NCBI RefSeq assembly: GCF_006345805.1
Contig: NW_021831686.1
Coordinates: forward strand, 1-49,564
DNA: 49,564 nt
Reading direction: 5' to 3'
Source: Octopus sinensis
Taxonomy: Eukaryota
Positions within the stretch are counted from its first letter, which is position 1. Every line of letters starts with the position of its first letter. Below the pieces are notes generated by a model. It was given only the letters and a program-made list of their open reading frames with translations, had not been told where the DNA came from and made no database searches. The position numbers were made by a program, and so were the translations under genes. Positions 1 to 10,900 of this stretch are shown here, piece by piece.

Positions 1-2168
1 AACACTTCAACGCCAACACGAAGTGTGTGTTGTCAGAGCTAGGATGCGTGCTCTAAGGAACGAAGGTGTTGGAGCTGCGCGAGAGGCCCGGGTGGCAGAG
101 GCGCAACAGGGCAACAAATCCACCATTCGGTCTCTTGTAGACGAACAGGGGCGCGAATTGCTCGAGCCAAGTAAAATGTGTGAGGCTTTTCAACAGCATT
201 TTGCCCGACTGTTCGGGACGAGTGGCGGGCAAGAACATAGACTTCAGTGCCTACCTACGCAGCCTACCACGACTCTTGACAAGAGAGGCAGGGTGCCTCG
301 AAGGTGGCATCACGGCGGCGGAAGTGTAGGACGCGATGGCAGAATGCTCGAGGGACAAATCGCCGGGTTTGGATGGTCTGCCCTACGAACTTTACATTTG
401 TATGCCAGATTTGTTTGGAAACGTCTTGGCAGCAGTGTACTACAACTGACAGCAAAACGGGAGCATTCCTGGTTTTGTGAGCCGAGGAGCCGTAACACTG
501 CTGTAACAAGGGGGATGTAATAGATAACTTTAGGCCCATCACTTTGCTTATTGCAGACTTGAAAGTTTTGGCCAAGGTGTTAGCCAAGAGGTTGGCGCTT
601 GTAATCGAGAAACTAGTCGACAAGGCGCAAACGTGCGCCGTGTCGGGCCGGAGCATCCATGACAACCTCCATCTGATGCGCTACATCATAGACAGAGTAG
701 TTAAGGAACCTGGCATGGGTGGGGCCCTGATCAATTTGGATCAATCGAAAGCTTTCGATAGGGTAGACCATCGATACTTGGAGGCAGTCCTGAGAGCGGC
801 TGGTTTCGGTCCCGTTTTCCGCGGCTGGATAACCGCTTTGTACAGAGGTATCCGCTCGGTAATTCGCGGAGATGGACATCTATCGAGACCTTTCGACATT
901 GCACGTTCGGTCTGTCAGGGATGCCCCCTCTCGTTGCTTCTCTACGTATTGACTCTCAAGCCACTATTGCGGAAGCTGGCGACTCTGAGAGGCATTCCGC
1001 GAGAATTGGGATGCGGGACGAGCGTGTCTGCATACGCGGACGACGTCACCGTCATATTGTCAAGCCACGAGCACATGGAGCTGGTCGGCGAGACACTGAA
1101 AGACTACCAAGCGGTGACAGGATCGAAAATCAACCGGGAAAAGTCAGTGGGCTTGCGGCGCGGCACCTGGAGAAGCACCTCGATCGTGGGACGCTGGACG
1201 GACGGCCCGGTTGAGTTGCTCGGGGTCTGGTTCGGTCCGGACCTCCAAATGGAGAAGAACTGGAACGAGATAACGAGTAGGGTGGTCACTCTCACCCGGC
1301 AATGGGCCGAGAGGAAACTGTCCCTAAAAGGTCGGGCGGAGGTGGTGAACACGTACATCGCGTCCGTCATCTACTACCACCTGACCGTCGTACCTTGTCC
1401 TGACCCTACCATCACCAAACTAGAACGCATTCTCTTTCGCTTCTTGTGGAAAGGATGCGACCCGATGGACCAGGCGATCCATTTGCTGTCAACACCCGTT
1501 AAAAGGAGGGCTGGGCATGCCGTGGTTGATGATGCGCGCTGAGACTGCGACATCTCCAGCTCTATGTAGACGACGGTGAATAGGTGTAGTCACCGTTTGT
1601 AAAGCACGCCTTCCCCCAGTTCGTCTCCATGACCGAACTGCAGTCGTGGATCAAAAAGAGGCCGAGGAAGGGCGAATGGCACCGCGAGTGTCGTGTTGCT
1701 CTCAAGCAACTATGCTGTCCCGGGTCGACCTTGAGTGACTTCAACACAACCAAAGCATTCTATAGGGGATTAGTGGAGGGGAGGTACGACGACGATCTTG
1801 GGGCGAACCTGGGCGTCGACGAAGAATAGTTGACCCGCATGTTTGAGACAACTTTCGGGCCGGAACCTATGGAGAACTTCCAGAGATCCCTGGCCTGGTA
1901 GTGCTACCGAGAAACGCTACCCGTTCGGGATAAGCTCTATAGGCATGGCTCGAGAAACTTGGGGCCGACCTGTCCGAGATGCGGTCAGAGCGACGAAACC
2001 GTTCTGCACGCAATCGTGCAGTGTCCAACAATCTCCGACCTGTGGGCTTATGTCGAACGACTGCTGTCACGTGTGGGACGTGCCGGTTTATCAGCCGAGT
2101 CTATCGTTAATATTGTCACGCCTCGTTTCTTCAAACGGAAAGGAAGAGCTATTTTTATCATCCTTGTC
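1..2168 (+). mobile_element. Tx1/L1-clade non-LTR retrotransposon, ORF2 portion (RT and C-terminal Cys/His motif), frameshifted, 3' truncated, runs off the window at its 5' side
   Basis: ORF 544-1542 has LIADLKVLAKVLAKRL, LINLDQSKAFDRVDH, QGCPLSLLLYVL and AYADDVTV. ORF 1959-2207 has CPRCGQSDETVLHAIVQCP. Several stops and frameshifts lie between them. Confidence 0.9.
544..1542 (+). pseudogene. Non-LTR reverse transcriptase domain (Tx1-like ORF2 fragment)
   Basis: RT motifs DxxKAFD, QGxPLS and YADD in the provided ORF. Confidence 0.9.
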
Positions 2169-2522
2169 AATCTCTCACCAACTTCTTTATATAAAGCTGA
2201 GTTATAAAAATCAGCGTTACTATTGAAAACGGTTTCGTTGGCGGATAAATTAGATATTCTAAGCGACATGTTTTTAACCAAATTTTTTGCTATATTATTG
2301 TGGTGGTTACTAAAAATGCTGATGTATTTCAGCTTGGTTGAAGGTTTATGGTATTGGAGATACAAGGCCGTATTTAAGTGTAGAGTAAGATCGAGAAAGT
2401 TAACCTTAGTTCTATCATCATCAAAGGAAATACTTAGACCATTTTACTAAAGAATTTGACTAAATTTCGTTTAACGTTTTGTAGTTTTTGATCACAGCTA
2501 TTTTGTAGGTAAAATAGGCAGT
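2168..2522 (-). mobile_element. Penelope-like element fragment (end of RT palm and thumb)
   Basis: Minus-strand translation gives DCLFYLQN...KVNFLDLTLHLNT..YLQYHKP..LKYISIFSNH...KNMSLRISNLSANETVF...YNSAL, which resembles the Penelope FLD / YxKP / SNHP / RISxLS thumb pattern. Confidence 0.7.
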
Positions 2523-2556
2523 CACACACACACACTTCGCACGCGCACACACATAC

Positions 2557-2712
2557 GGCTATGTGGTATGAAGCTTGCTTCCGAACCACATGGTTCCGGG
2601 TTCAGTCCCACTGCACGGCACTTTGGCCATATGTCTTCTACTAAAGCCTCGGGCCGACCAAAGCCTTATGAATGGATTTTGCAGACGGAAACTGAAAAGA
2701 TCTCGTCGTATG
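2557..2712 (+). mobile_element. tRNA-derived SINE, 5' module ('module A')
   Basis: ggctatgtggtatgaagcttgcttccgaaccacatggttccgggttcagtcccactgc...gacggaaactgaaa. The same module recurs at about 5822, 10520(-), 14765, 21875, 22605, 25810(-) and 49020(-). Confidence 0.8.
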
Positions 2713-2774
2713 TGTGTGTGTGTGTGTGTCTGTGTGTTTGTATGTATGTGATTGACCCTCTCGCTGAAGACGAC

Positions 2775-3032
2775 ATATGAGCGTGCAGCTTTTGCCGAAC
2801 GATCTGCACAAATGTTTTGTTTATAGTGATCAAATGTATGTGTTGTACGTTGGCGCACTTCTTCCATCAAATCGACATTGTCTGAACAAGTGCATCGTGT
2901 ACAACGCGTCATGTGTTGAAGTGATTGCAGACCATGGTGAGTTAAAGTGTTTTTCGCTCAAGAACACAAAGCACCACCCGATCCAGGAATTCAAACCACA
3001 ATCGTGAGTGCAACATCCTAGCCACGGTGCGC
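2775..3032 (-). mobile_element. tRNA-derived SINE (second family)
   Basis: Minus strand begins gtggctaggatgttgcactcacg...gtggtttgaattcctgg, with A-box-like and B-box-like motifs. Confidence 0.55.
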
Positions 3033-3054
3033 ATATACGATGATATATATACAT

Positions 3055-3135
<81 letters not shown>

Positions 3136-3138
<3 letters not shown>

Positions 3139-3490
3139 AATGGCGGTGCCCCAGCATGGCCACAGCTCATTAGCTGAAACTGGAAAGATCAAAATCAAAT
3201 CATATATATATATATATATATACACACACATACATACACATACATACACACACATATATATATGTATGTATATGTGTGCGTGTGTTTTGTGCCTGTTTTT
3301 GTCTCCTACTACCGCTTGACAACCGTGTTTTACAGTTCGACAAAATGCACCGATAGAATAAGTACCAAGTTAAACAAACAAAAAAAAAATTAAGAAAAAT
3401 GAATACTAGAGCCGATACATTCGACTAAAAATTTCTTTAAAGCAGAGCCCCAGCATGGCTGCAGTCAAACAACTGAAACGAGTTAAACAT
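3136..3490 (+). mobile_element. SINE 3' module ('module B') fragments separated by microsatellite
   Basis: aaatggcggtgccccagcatggcc and cgcttgacaacc...cgatagaataagtacc...ccccagcatggctgcagtcaaa match module B copies at 6240, 6915, 10320(-), 14545(-) and 24390. Confidence 0.7.
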
Positions 3491-3547
3491 AAAAGACATA
3501 CATCGTACATACATATGCATACATATTCATATAGATACACAGAAGAC

Positions 3548-3572
3548 AGACAGACAGATAGATAGACAGATT

Positions 3573-3643
<71 letters not shown>

Positions 3644-3652
3644 TGATAGATA
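3548..3652. repeat. (GATA)n microsatellite
   Basis: Read directly from the sequence. Confidence 0.95.
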
Positions 3653-3653
3653 T

Positions 3654-3870
3654 GTTTCTTTATTAGCCACACAGGGCTGCGCACAGACGGGACAAATTAC
3701 AATGTAGAGCTTTTCTTTTTGGGGACAAATTAAATATAACCAACTTGGTCTTAACTATACTAATAACAATAACAGTAGTAATCACAATATTAACAGTAAT
3801 AGACACAATAACAACAAGAGTACTTATAATGTTCCTCCCATCGTCAATAATCCAAATAGCCAATTTCATC
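3654..3870 (-). mobile_element. 3' terminus of a Tx1-like LINE or derivative
   Basis: Minus strand ends ttgtcccc...tgtcccgtctgtgcgcagccctgtgtggctaataaagaaac then (TATC)n. This resembles the 3' end at 45101-45170. Confidence 0.5.
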
Positions 3871-3904
<34 letters not shown>

Positions 3905-4039
3905 TAACAGTTATCGCCAAGCTAATATGGCAGTCCATAAATATAGGACGAAAGCTGCTGTTGATTAGCTCCAAGAGGCCTCTTGCTAGCTATATGACAC
4001 ACGAACCTGTGTCTATTATAACCTTCGAACATGCAGGCA

Positions 4040-4082
4040 TCTGCAGACATGTTTCAGGATGTTTGCCCCTTATCAATGCAGT
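4040..4082 (-). ncRNA. Minimal type I hammerhead ribozyme, U3-A8 core variant (minus copy)
   Basis: Minus strand: ctgca TTGATAA gggg-caaaca-tcct GAAA catg TC tgcag. Confidence 0.7.
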
Positions 4083-4167
4083 GTGGCCAGACCCAGCAGG
4101 CGTCGCTGCTGACCGTCTGTTCGAAGGATTATTTATTTAATTTCAGTGGAATCCTTCAACTGGCTAC

Positions 4168-4210
4168 TCTGCATTGATAAAGGGCAATTACCCTGAAACA
4201 TGTCTGCAGA
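4168..4210 (+). ncRNA. Minimal type I hammerhead ribozyme, U3-A8 core variant (plus copy), GUC site after 4204
   Basis: tctgca TTGATAA aggg-caatta-ccct GAAA catg TC tgcaga: 6-bp stem I, 4-bp stem II, palindromic acatgt stem III. Confidence 0.8.
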
Positions 4211-4455
4211 TGCCTGGCCAGCAAGGGGAAGCGGCTGACCTCCCCTGTTCGAAGGTTATAATGGACACAGGTTCGTGTGTTATATAGCTAGCTAGAGGCG
4301 ATGGCCTCTTGGAGCTAATCAACGGCAGCTTTCATCCTATATTTATGGACTGCCATATTAACTTGGCGATAACTGTTAATATCCAGTACCGCTGCCGTAG
4401 TATCCTTTAGAGAGACTTAGAAATAATAATGATAATAATATTAATAATGATATAT

Positions 4456-4487
<32 letters not shown>

Positions 4488-5821
4488 TGTATGTATGTAT
4501 GTATGTATGTATGTATGTATGTATGTGTATATATATATGATCCCAAAACGAAGAACAAACACAAAAACACAACAACGAGGACGTGGTACATGTAAAGTAT
4601 TAGTAGATGCCCAGGGAAGGAAAGAAAGATGGCTTAAGGTTTTGAGCAGACGCTCTTCTTCGGAAACAAAGGAAAGTCCAATAGAAGGGAAGACGGAGGA
4701 CAAAATTCGCCAACGATTCATATGTGTTAACATTGTGAAATGACACGAAGGGAATGGGTGAAAAAGAGCTCTTTCTAAGACAGCAGAGAGTATGAAAAGG
4801 AGGTATGTATGTGTATGTGTGGTATGTGTGTGTGTGTAGTAGCACGTGTGCGCGCGTCTGTGTGTGTATGTTCTGTGTGTGTGGTGTTTGTGTGGTTTTA
4901 GCGCTTTATACGTGTATGTATGTGAATTTTGTGTCGCTTAATGTTGTGGGAAGAAATCAGTAGCAAGAGTGGTAGTCCTTTGTGTAGTTTTGTGTCTCTT
5001 CACGTGTTTGTAGAGGAATGATATATATTAGTAAATATACGTGTAAAATTATACATATGTTGCGTGTGTGTGTGTATGTGAGTGCGTGCGTGTGTGCATA
5101 TGCATATATATATATATACGTCACATTTTCTGGGGCTTCTTATATCTATTAAAATGTCTATTTGAGGAGCACCGTTGTTTATATCCTCCCTAATGAGATC
5201 GATGCATCGCTGACCGCTATTCATTCTGTCGGATGTATTTTGAATGCGTCCATCGGAACATATGTTGATGTTATGAAGATATAAATGATTTCTTCAGCGT
5301 TTGTCTCCTTTTTGAATTTATATATATATATCGCTGAAATCTACAAGTTTTTTCATTCTCTCTCTGTTTATTTTCTCTTATTCCTTTCTGTAGACGAACG
5401 TAGGCTCGAAACGTACAGAACTTTTTCATTTTTCCCGAGCGCAAAACTAATACACATGCTTGTTGTTCATACATCTGTCTTCGCCTTTTGCTTTTCTATA
5501 AATTTCAACTACATCCATCCATCCATCAATACATACATGCATAGATACGTATATAATTATCTATATGTGGGTTCGACCTGGAACCCACAAGAGTAAACAA
5601 GAGACAGAGACAGGTTGAAACAAGGCAAATGCTATGCAAATATTTAAAAAAAAAACTTTTCTTTTAACTTTTCCAAAATTAAATTGTTTTCCATACTTAC
5701 AGTTGAAAAAGTCTCAATGACTGAAACCAGTACTGAAATGTTTTTTATAAAATTATTTTAGCATTTTCTGCCTTGACTTTTTCCATATATATCAACATTC
5801 TACCCCCCACACACATATATA

Positions 5822-5967
5822 GGCGCAGGAATAGCTTGCTTTCCAACCACATGCTCCCGGGTTCAGTCCCACTGCGTGGCACCTTGGGCAAGTGTCTTCT
5901 ACTATAGCCTCGGACCGACCAAACCTTGTGAGTGGATTTGGTAGACGGAAACTGAAAGAAGCCCGTC

Positions 5968-5999
<32 letters not shown>

Positions 6000-6435
6000 A
6001 TCACGTGACCGACCAGTTAATCAGATGTAGTTACACATCGCTGGCCACAATGCGTTCGTATTGTTTTAGCCTTCGAATGACGCCACCCCGCTGTATATAA
6101 TACAAAATGGGACAAGAACGCTCCATTTTGTATTTTATATATATAGCGACGTACGTACACTTTGTTCTTTCTTTCCCTCTCTATCTCACTCTCTCTCTCT
6201 ATATATATATGTGTGTGTGAGTATGTTTGTGTGCCTGTGTTTGTCCCCACCCCCAACATCGCTTGACAAACAATGCTGGTGTACTTACGTCCCCGCAACT
6301 TAGCTGTTCGGCAAAGGGCCCGATAGAATAAGTACTAGGCTTACAAAGAATAAGTCCTGTGGACGATTTGCTCAACTAAAGGCGGTGCTCCAGCATGACC
6401 AAAGTCAAATGACTGAAATCAGTAAAAGAATAAAA
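5822..6435 (+). mobile_element. Composite SINE (module A, microsatellite, module B) with a foreign repeat fragment in the microsatellite
   Basis: Module A 5822-5968, (TA)n, unrelated repeat piece 5993-6095, module B 6240-6435 ending aaaagaataaaaga. Confidence 0.75.
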
Positions 6436-6467
6436 GAGGAAAAGAAAACAATTTATACATATATATA

Positions 6468-6507
<40 letters not shown>

Positions 6508-6823
6508 TATATATAATGTACTAATCCGTGATAGAAAACTGAAGAAAAGGTATTCCATCTGGCGAGATATAAATATTATTATTTAAAGATCACAATACAT
6601 GTATTAAAGCTTTACTAATAGGTTCATAGTTGAGAGAACTGAAACATATTCTTCAGGAGCAAACAACATATCATAACGAACAAAAAATCGAATAAATAGA
6701 AGAGACGAGAGAAGCTGAGAAGGCAGCAAACAAGTAAACAACGGAAAACGAAACTAAAGTGTGTAAAGGTAAAAAGTGCTATCCTCCTTAGGCCTTAAAT
6801 GATAAGGCTGGAAATTTATCAAG

Positions 6824-6894
<71 letters not shown>

Positions 6895-6914
6895 CGCGTG
6901 TGTGTGTTTGTGTG

Positions 6915-7058
6915 TCTGTGTTTGTCATCCCAGCATCGCTTGATAACCGATGCTGGTGTGTTTAAGTCCTGGGGTCGATTTGCTCGACTAAAGGCGGTGC
7001 TCCAGCATTATCGCAGTCAAAATGACTGAAACAAATTAAAGAATAAAAGAATAAAGAA
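6915..7058 (+). mobile_element. SINE module B, internally deleted, after a (TA)n(TG)n tract
   Basis: catcgcttgataaccgatgctggtgtgttt / aagtcctggggtcgatttgctcgactaaaggcggtgctccagcat. Confidence 0.75.
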
Positions 7059-7063
7059 TACAC

Positions 7064-7400
7064 GAAAATATAAATATTAAAACAATATTAATATCCAGCA
7101 AGAATAAAGCACCATACAGGTAGAATTATAAATATATAAAGCGGGTGTATACGAAGTACGATCATTGCTAGAAATAGCAGCCGGGGACCTTGAGAGGAAT
7201 AAAGAATAACTCTTCGGATCACATTCAGTGCGAATCTGATTGGTTATCGTCAGATGAGCGACCATATTTTAAAATATCCACCTCATCTCTGACTGTTTAC
7301 TCTGCTGATAGCCCCACTCATAATTAGAACCAAGAATATGCATGAAAATATAAATATTATTAAAATAATATAATATCCAGCAAGAGAATAAAGCACCATA
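7064..7400. repeat. About 50-bp direct repeats flanking a 230-bp spacer
   Basis: gaaaatataaatatt...atatccagcaagaataaagcaccata at about 7064-7114 and about 7344-7400. Confidence 0.75.
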
Positions 7401-7699
7401 TTAATATATATAGATAGAGGGGGGGGGGGCGAGAGAGGGGGAGAGAGGTTAAGTGTAGTTGAAATTTTGGCGTTAGTTACGGTAGTTCTGTGTACATATT
7501 TTGCATCAATCTGTCTATGTATCCGTCTATGTATATGTGTGTGTGTTTGCGTGCATCATTATGGCTGCGTGCAGATATTTGCTTATATGTATGTATATAT
7601 GTATATATATTTATGTATGTATACATCATTGCCTAATTATCTACTCGCATGTGGCCCTTACAGACTTACTGTATGTATAGTTATCAGTACGTGTGTCTC

Positions 7700-8200
7700 T
7701 ATCTCCCTCTTTCAATCAGCTTCTCTCATTGTCTTTGTATCTCTCTCTCTCTCTCTCATTCTCTCTTTGTGTCTCTGTTTGCCTCTCTTCTGTCTTTCAA
7801 TCAACTTCCATCTGTGTCGTTATGTCTCCCTCACTTTGATTCCGTCTCTCTCTTTGTCTCTCAATCAACCGCTCTCTGTGTCTATACGCTTCTCTCTCTT
7901 TGTTTCTGTCTTTCATTCTCTCTGCCTTCCTCTCTCTCTCTCTCTCAATTAATTTCTCTCTGTGTCTTTATCTCTCTCTTTCTCTCTGTCTCTCAATCAA
8001 CCTCCCTTTGTGTTTTCATCTAGCTCTCTCTCTCTCTCTCTCTCTCTCTGCCTGTCTCCGTCTGTCTGTCTATCTCTCTATCTGTCTCTTTCAGTCTGTC
8101 TGTCTGTCTGCCTTCTTGTCTGTCTGCCTTCTTGTCTGTCTGCCTGTCTGTCTGTCTCTTTCTCTTTCTCCCTCTCCCTCTCCCTCTCCCTCTTCCTTTG
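7700..8200. repeat. Degenerate (CT)n/(TCTG)n low-complexity tract
   Basis: Read directly from the sequence. Confidence 0.9.
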
Positions 8201-8864
8201 CAGCTTAGTTTTATTCTTTAGTGAACGTATATCTTTATAAAAGCACAGTTCAGCTCTTTTGTTCCAGAAACTGACTTAAACGCTTTGTTCACAGTAGCGA
8301 ACAACGCTCTTTATGTCATACGTCTTTCATTCACTGAAACACTTTGTTTCTCATTCTCTCTCCCTCCTCTCTCTTTCTTTCACATACACACTCCCATTAT
8401 TTCTCTGTCTTTTCTTGTGTCTATCTATCTGTCACTCCCTGTTTTCTTTTTTCTTTCGTCTTTCTCCTCTCTTTTTGTTTTTCACTCAGCATATCTTTAT
8501 AGACGTCTCCAGACGGCTGTTCAGTTCTTTGTTCCAAAGCTCTCAGTCCCGAAATGTCGAGTGGTTTGATGGTAAAATAAACAAAGCTACTCCCTTGTCG
8601 TTCTGTTTGTGATGAAATGTCATTCCTCTAATATTCATATTCATTTATTAATAATATAATGTTGGTTACCATTGGTTAGAAGACCCCAGCAATTTGTCTG
8701 TTTGTATTGTACATTTTCTTGTTGTCAGGGAACCAGTGGGAGAGTCATCATGGTGCCGTGTATATGAAGGAGGGAAAAGTGGAGAAGAAGAGGAGGGGAA
8801 AGGGGATGGGTGCTAAATGGGGAGGAACTGAGTGGGAAATATTCGCCTTTAATATATAAAAAAT

Positions 8865-9004
8865 ATATGTTGTTGCTGTTGCTGTTGCTGTTGTTGTTAT
8901 TATTTAGTGGCCGTGTTGTTGTGCTCGTTGTTGCTGTTCTGGTGTGGTGATCGTGATGTTGAGTATAGTGAGATGAGGGTGCTGTAGCAGTGGTGGCAAT
9001 GATA

Positions 9005-9043
<39 letters not shown>

Positions 9044-9290
9044 ATGATGGTGGAGGTGGTAACAATGATGATAGTGGTGGTGGTGATGATGATGATGATG
9101 ATAATAATGAGAATGCTGGTGATGGTGATGATGGTGATGATGATGATGGTGATGGTTATGATGTTGATGATGATAGTATATGTTGATGATGATGGTGATG
9201 ACGATGACAACGATTTCGACGATGATGGTGGTGGTGATAATTGTGATGTTGATGTTGATAATGATGACAACAAAAAGCGACGATGACTAT
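8865..9290. repeat. Degenerate (GTT)n/(GAT)n/(GGT)n trinucleotide tract
   Basis: Read directly. It accounts for the poly-Ile and poly-Met ORFs. Confidence 0.9.
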
Positions 9291-9734
9291 GGTGTTAAAT
9301 GATAGTTTAGTTTTTGTGGAGATGATTGGTATTCAGTTGCTGTGGTACTTGTACTAATGAGTTAGTATTGGTGATACGGCTGTCGCTTTTTGTATCGGCC
9401 GTCAATTCGTGGTTACAAACGCAACCGTTTTATTGCCAGTATACACTAATGATGATAATGGTGACAATATTGACATCATTATAATCATCATGAATATCCT
9501 CCTCCTCCCCCTCCTCGTCGTCGTCGTTGTTATAATCTATTTCTTTCGGTTTTTTATATTGTTCGTTCAATTCCTGTAGAGATCGGGTTTCGCTTTCATC
9601 CTTTCGGAGTCGATAAAATAGAAAAGAAACAATGAAAATCTGAGATGGGATGATATCGACTGATCCCCTCCTCTCTAAAATGCTGGACTTTGTGTCAAAG
9701 TATAAACCGTTACTCTTTCCTCAGCTGATATTCT

Positions 9735-10260
9735 CATGGCTACAGGTATGGAAGTGTCGCCGTGCGGGAGGGACTGTGTGAGCGACGAAACCGGACAGCA
9801 AGTTCTCGCACAGTGTTTGAGCATTGTTGACTTGTGACGTTATATCGAGCAGTTATTGTTACGTTTAGGACGAATCCTCCTATCAACGGAGTCCATCGTG
9901 AATATCAAAACATCAGCCATCCTTAACAAGACAGGGCTGACGATGTTTCTCAAGTCACTATGGCGAAAGATGTTGTGTGGTAGGCGAGGCTGAAAGGATT
10001 CAGAAAAGACTGAACTTTTCGGTAAAGCTCGCTTCAAATTTATCAAAGTTTCACTAGGAAGGACAGTGAAAGTGGAGAGGGAAGATCTATCGAGTCTCGG
10101 TAAATTTTTTAAAAGGTGGGTGGCTGATTAGGGTGAATGGCCTTACTTTAAGTATGCGGTTGTAGGCTGGAGAATAATAGTTGGAAGACGGTTCATGCCC
10201 TTGATGCTTAGGATGATCCTGGTTCCTTTATTGGCTCTAGTTGGAGGTTCTCCCCTATCA
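9735..10260 (+). mobile_element. Tx1-like LINE 3' fragment (Cys/His motif region and downstream)
   Basis: SDET..VLAQC..IVDL.RYIEQLL.RLGRI.LSTESIVNI parallels 1959-2160 (SDETVLHAIVQC..ISDLWAYVERLL.RVGR..LSAESIVNI). Confidence 0.75.
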
Positions 10261-10319
10261 GGAGAGCCGTATTACTCATGTATTTACAAATTTTTATAAT
10301 ATCTTTTAACGTATATCTT

Positions 10320-10682
10320 ACACCTTGTTTCAATCATTAGACTGCAGCCATGCTGGGGCACTTCCATGAGAAATTTGAGTCGAACTAATCGACTCCAATA
10401 CTTATTCTATCGGTTTCTTATGCCGAACCAGTAAGTTACGAGGGCATAAACACAAAAATATCAGTTGACGAGCGGTGGTGTGAAACAAACACAGACGCAG
10501 GCGCGCACGTCAAACACTCATATATGACGGTCTTCTTTCAGTTTCCGTAGACCAAATCCACTCACAAGACTTTGGTCGGCCAGAGGCTATAGTAGAAGAC
10601 ACTTGCCCAAGTTGTGGAAGTGGACTCAGAGCCATGAAGTTGTGAAGCAAACATCTTATCCTACAGCCACGCTTGCGCCTAT
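10320..10682 (-). mobile_element. Composite SINE (modules A and B), minus strand
   Basis: Reverse complements of module B (10320-10495) and module A (10520-10682) in the expected order. Confidence 0.75.
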
Positions 10683-10814
10683 GTATACCTTTATCCCAAT
10701 TCACCTCCCTTTCCTTTTCGTTCTTCTCATCATTTATGTAAATTCCCTTACAAGTTGTAAACTGTACTTGTAATGTACACTTCATCTGAAGCCGCTGTGG
10801 TCAATAAAAGAAAC

Positions 10815-10876
<62 letters not shown>

Positions 10877-10900
10877 TATTATTATTATTATTATTATTAT

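Larger units (their letters stand above)
3901..4382. repeat. Nested fold-back element (about 480 bp) built from a hammerhead-containing pseudo-LTR-like unit
   Basis: 3901-4031 is the reverse complement of 4246-4382, and 4034-4090 is the reverse complement of 4160-4216. (TA)n lies on the left flank. Confidence 0.9.

Noticed and set aside
7467-8240. Overlapping Leu/Ser-rich ORFs
   Set aside because: They are translations of CT and TCTG low-complexity sequence.
8725-9286. ORFs of 182 aa and 98 aa rich in Ile, Thr, Met and Asp
   Set aside because: They are translations of (GAT)n and (GTT)n tracts, with no domain or splice support.
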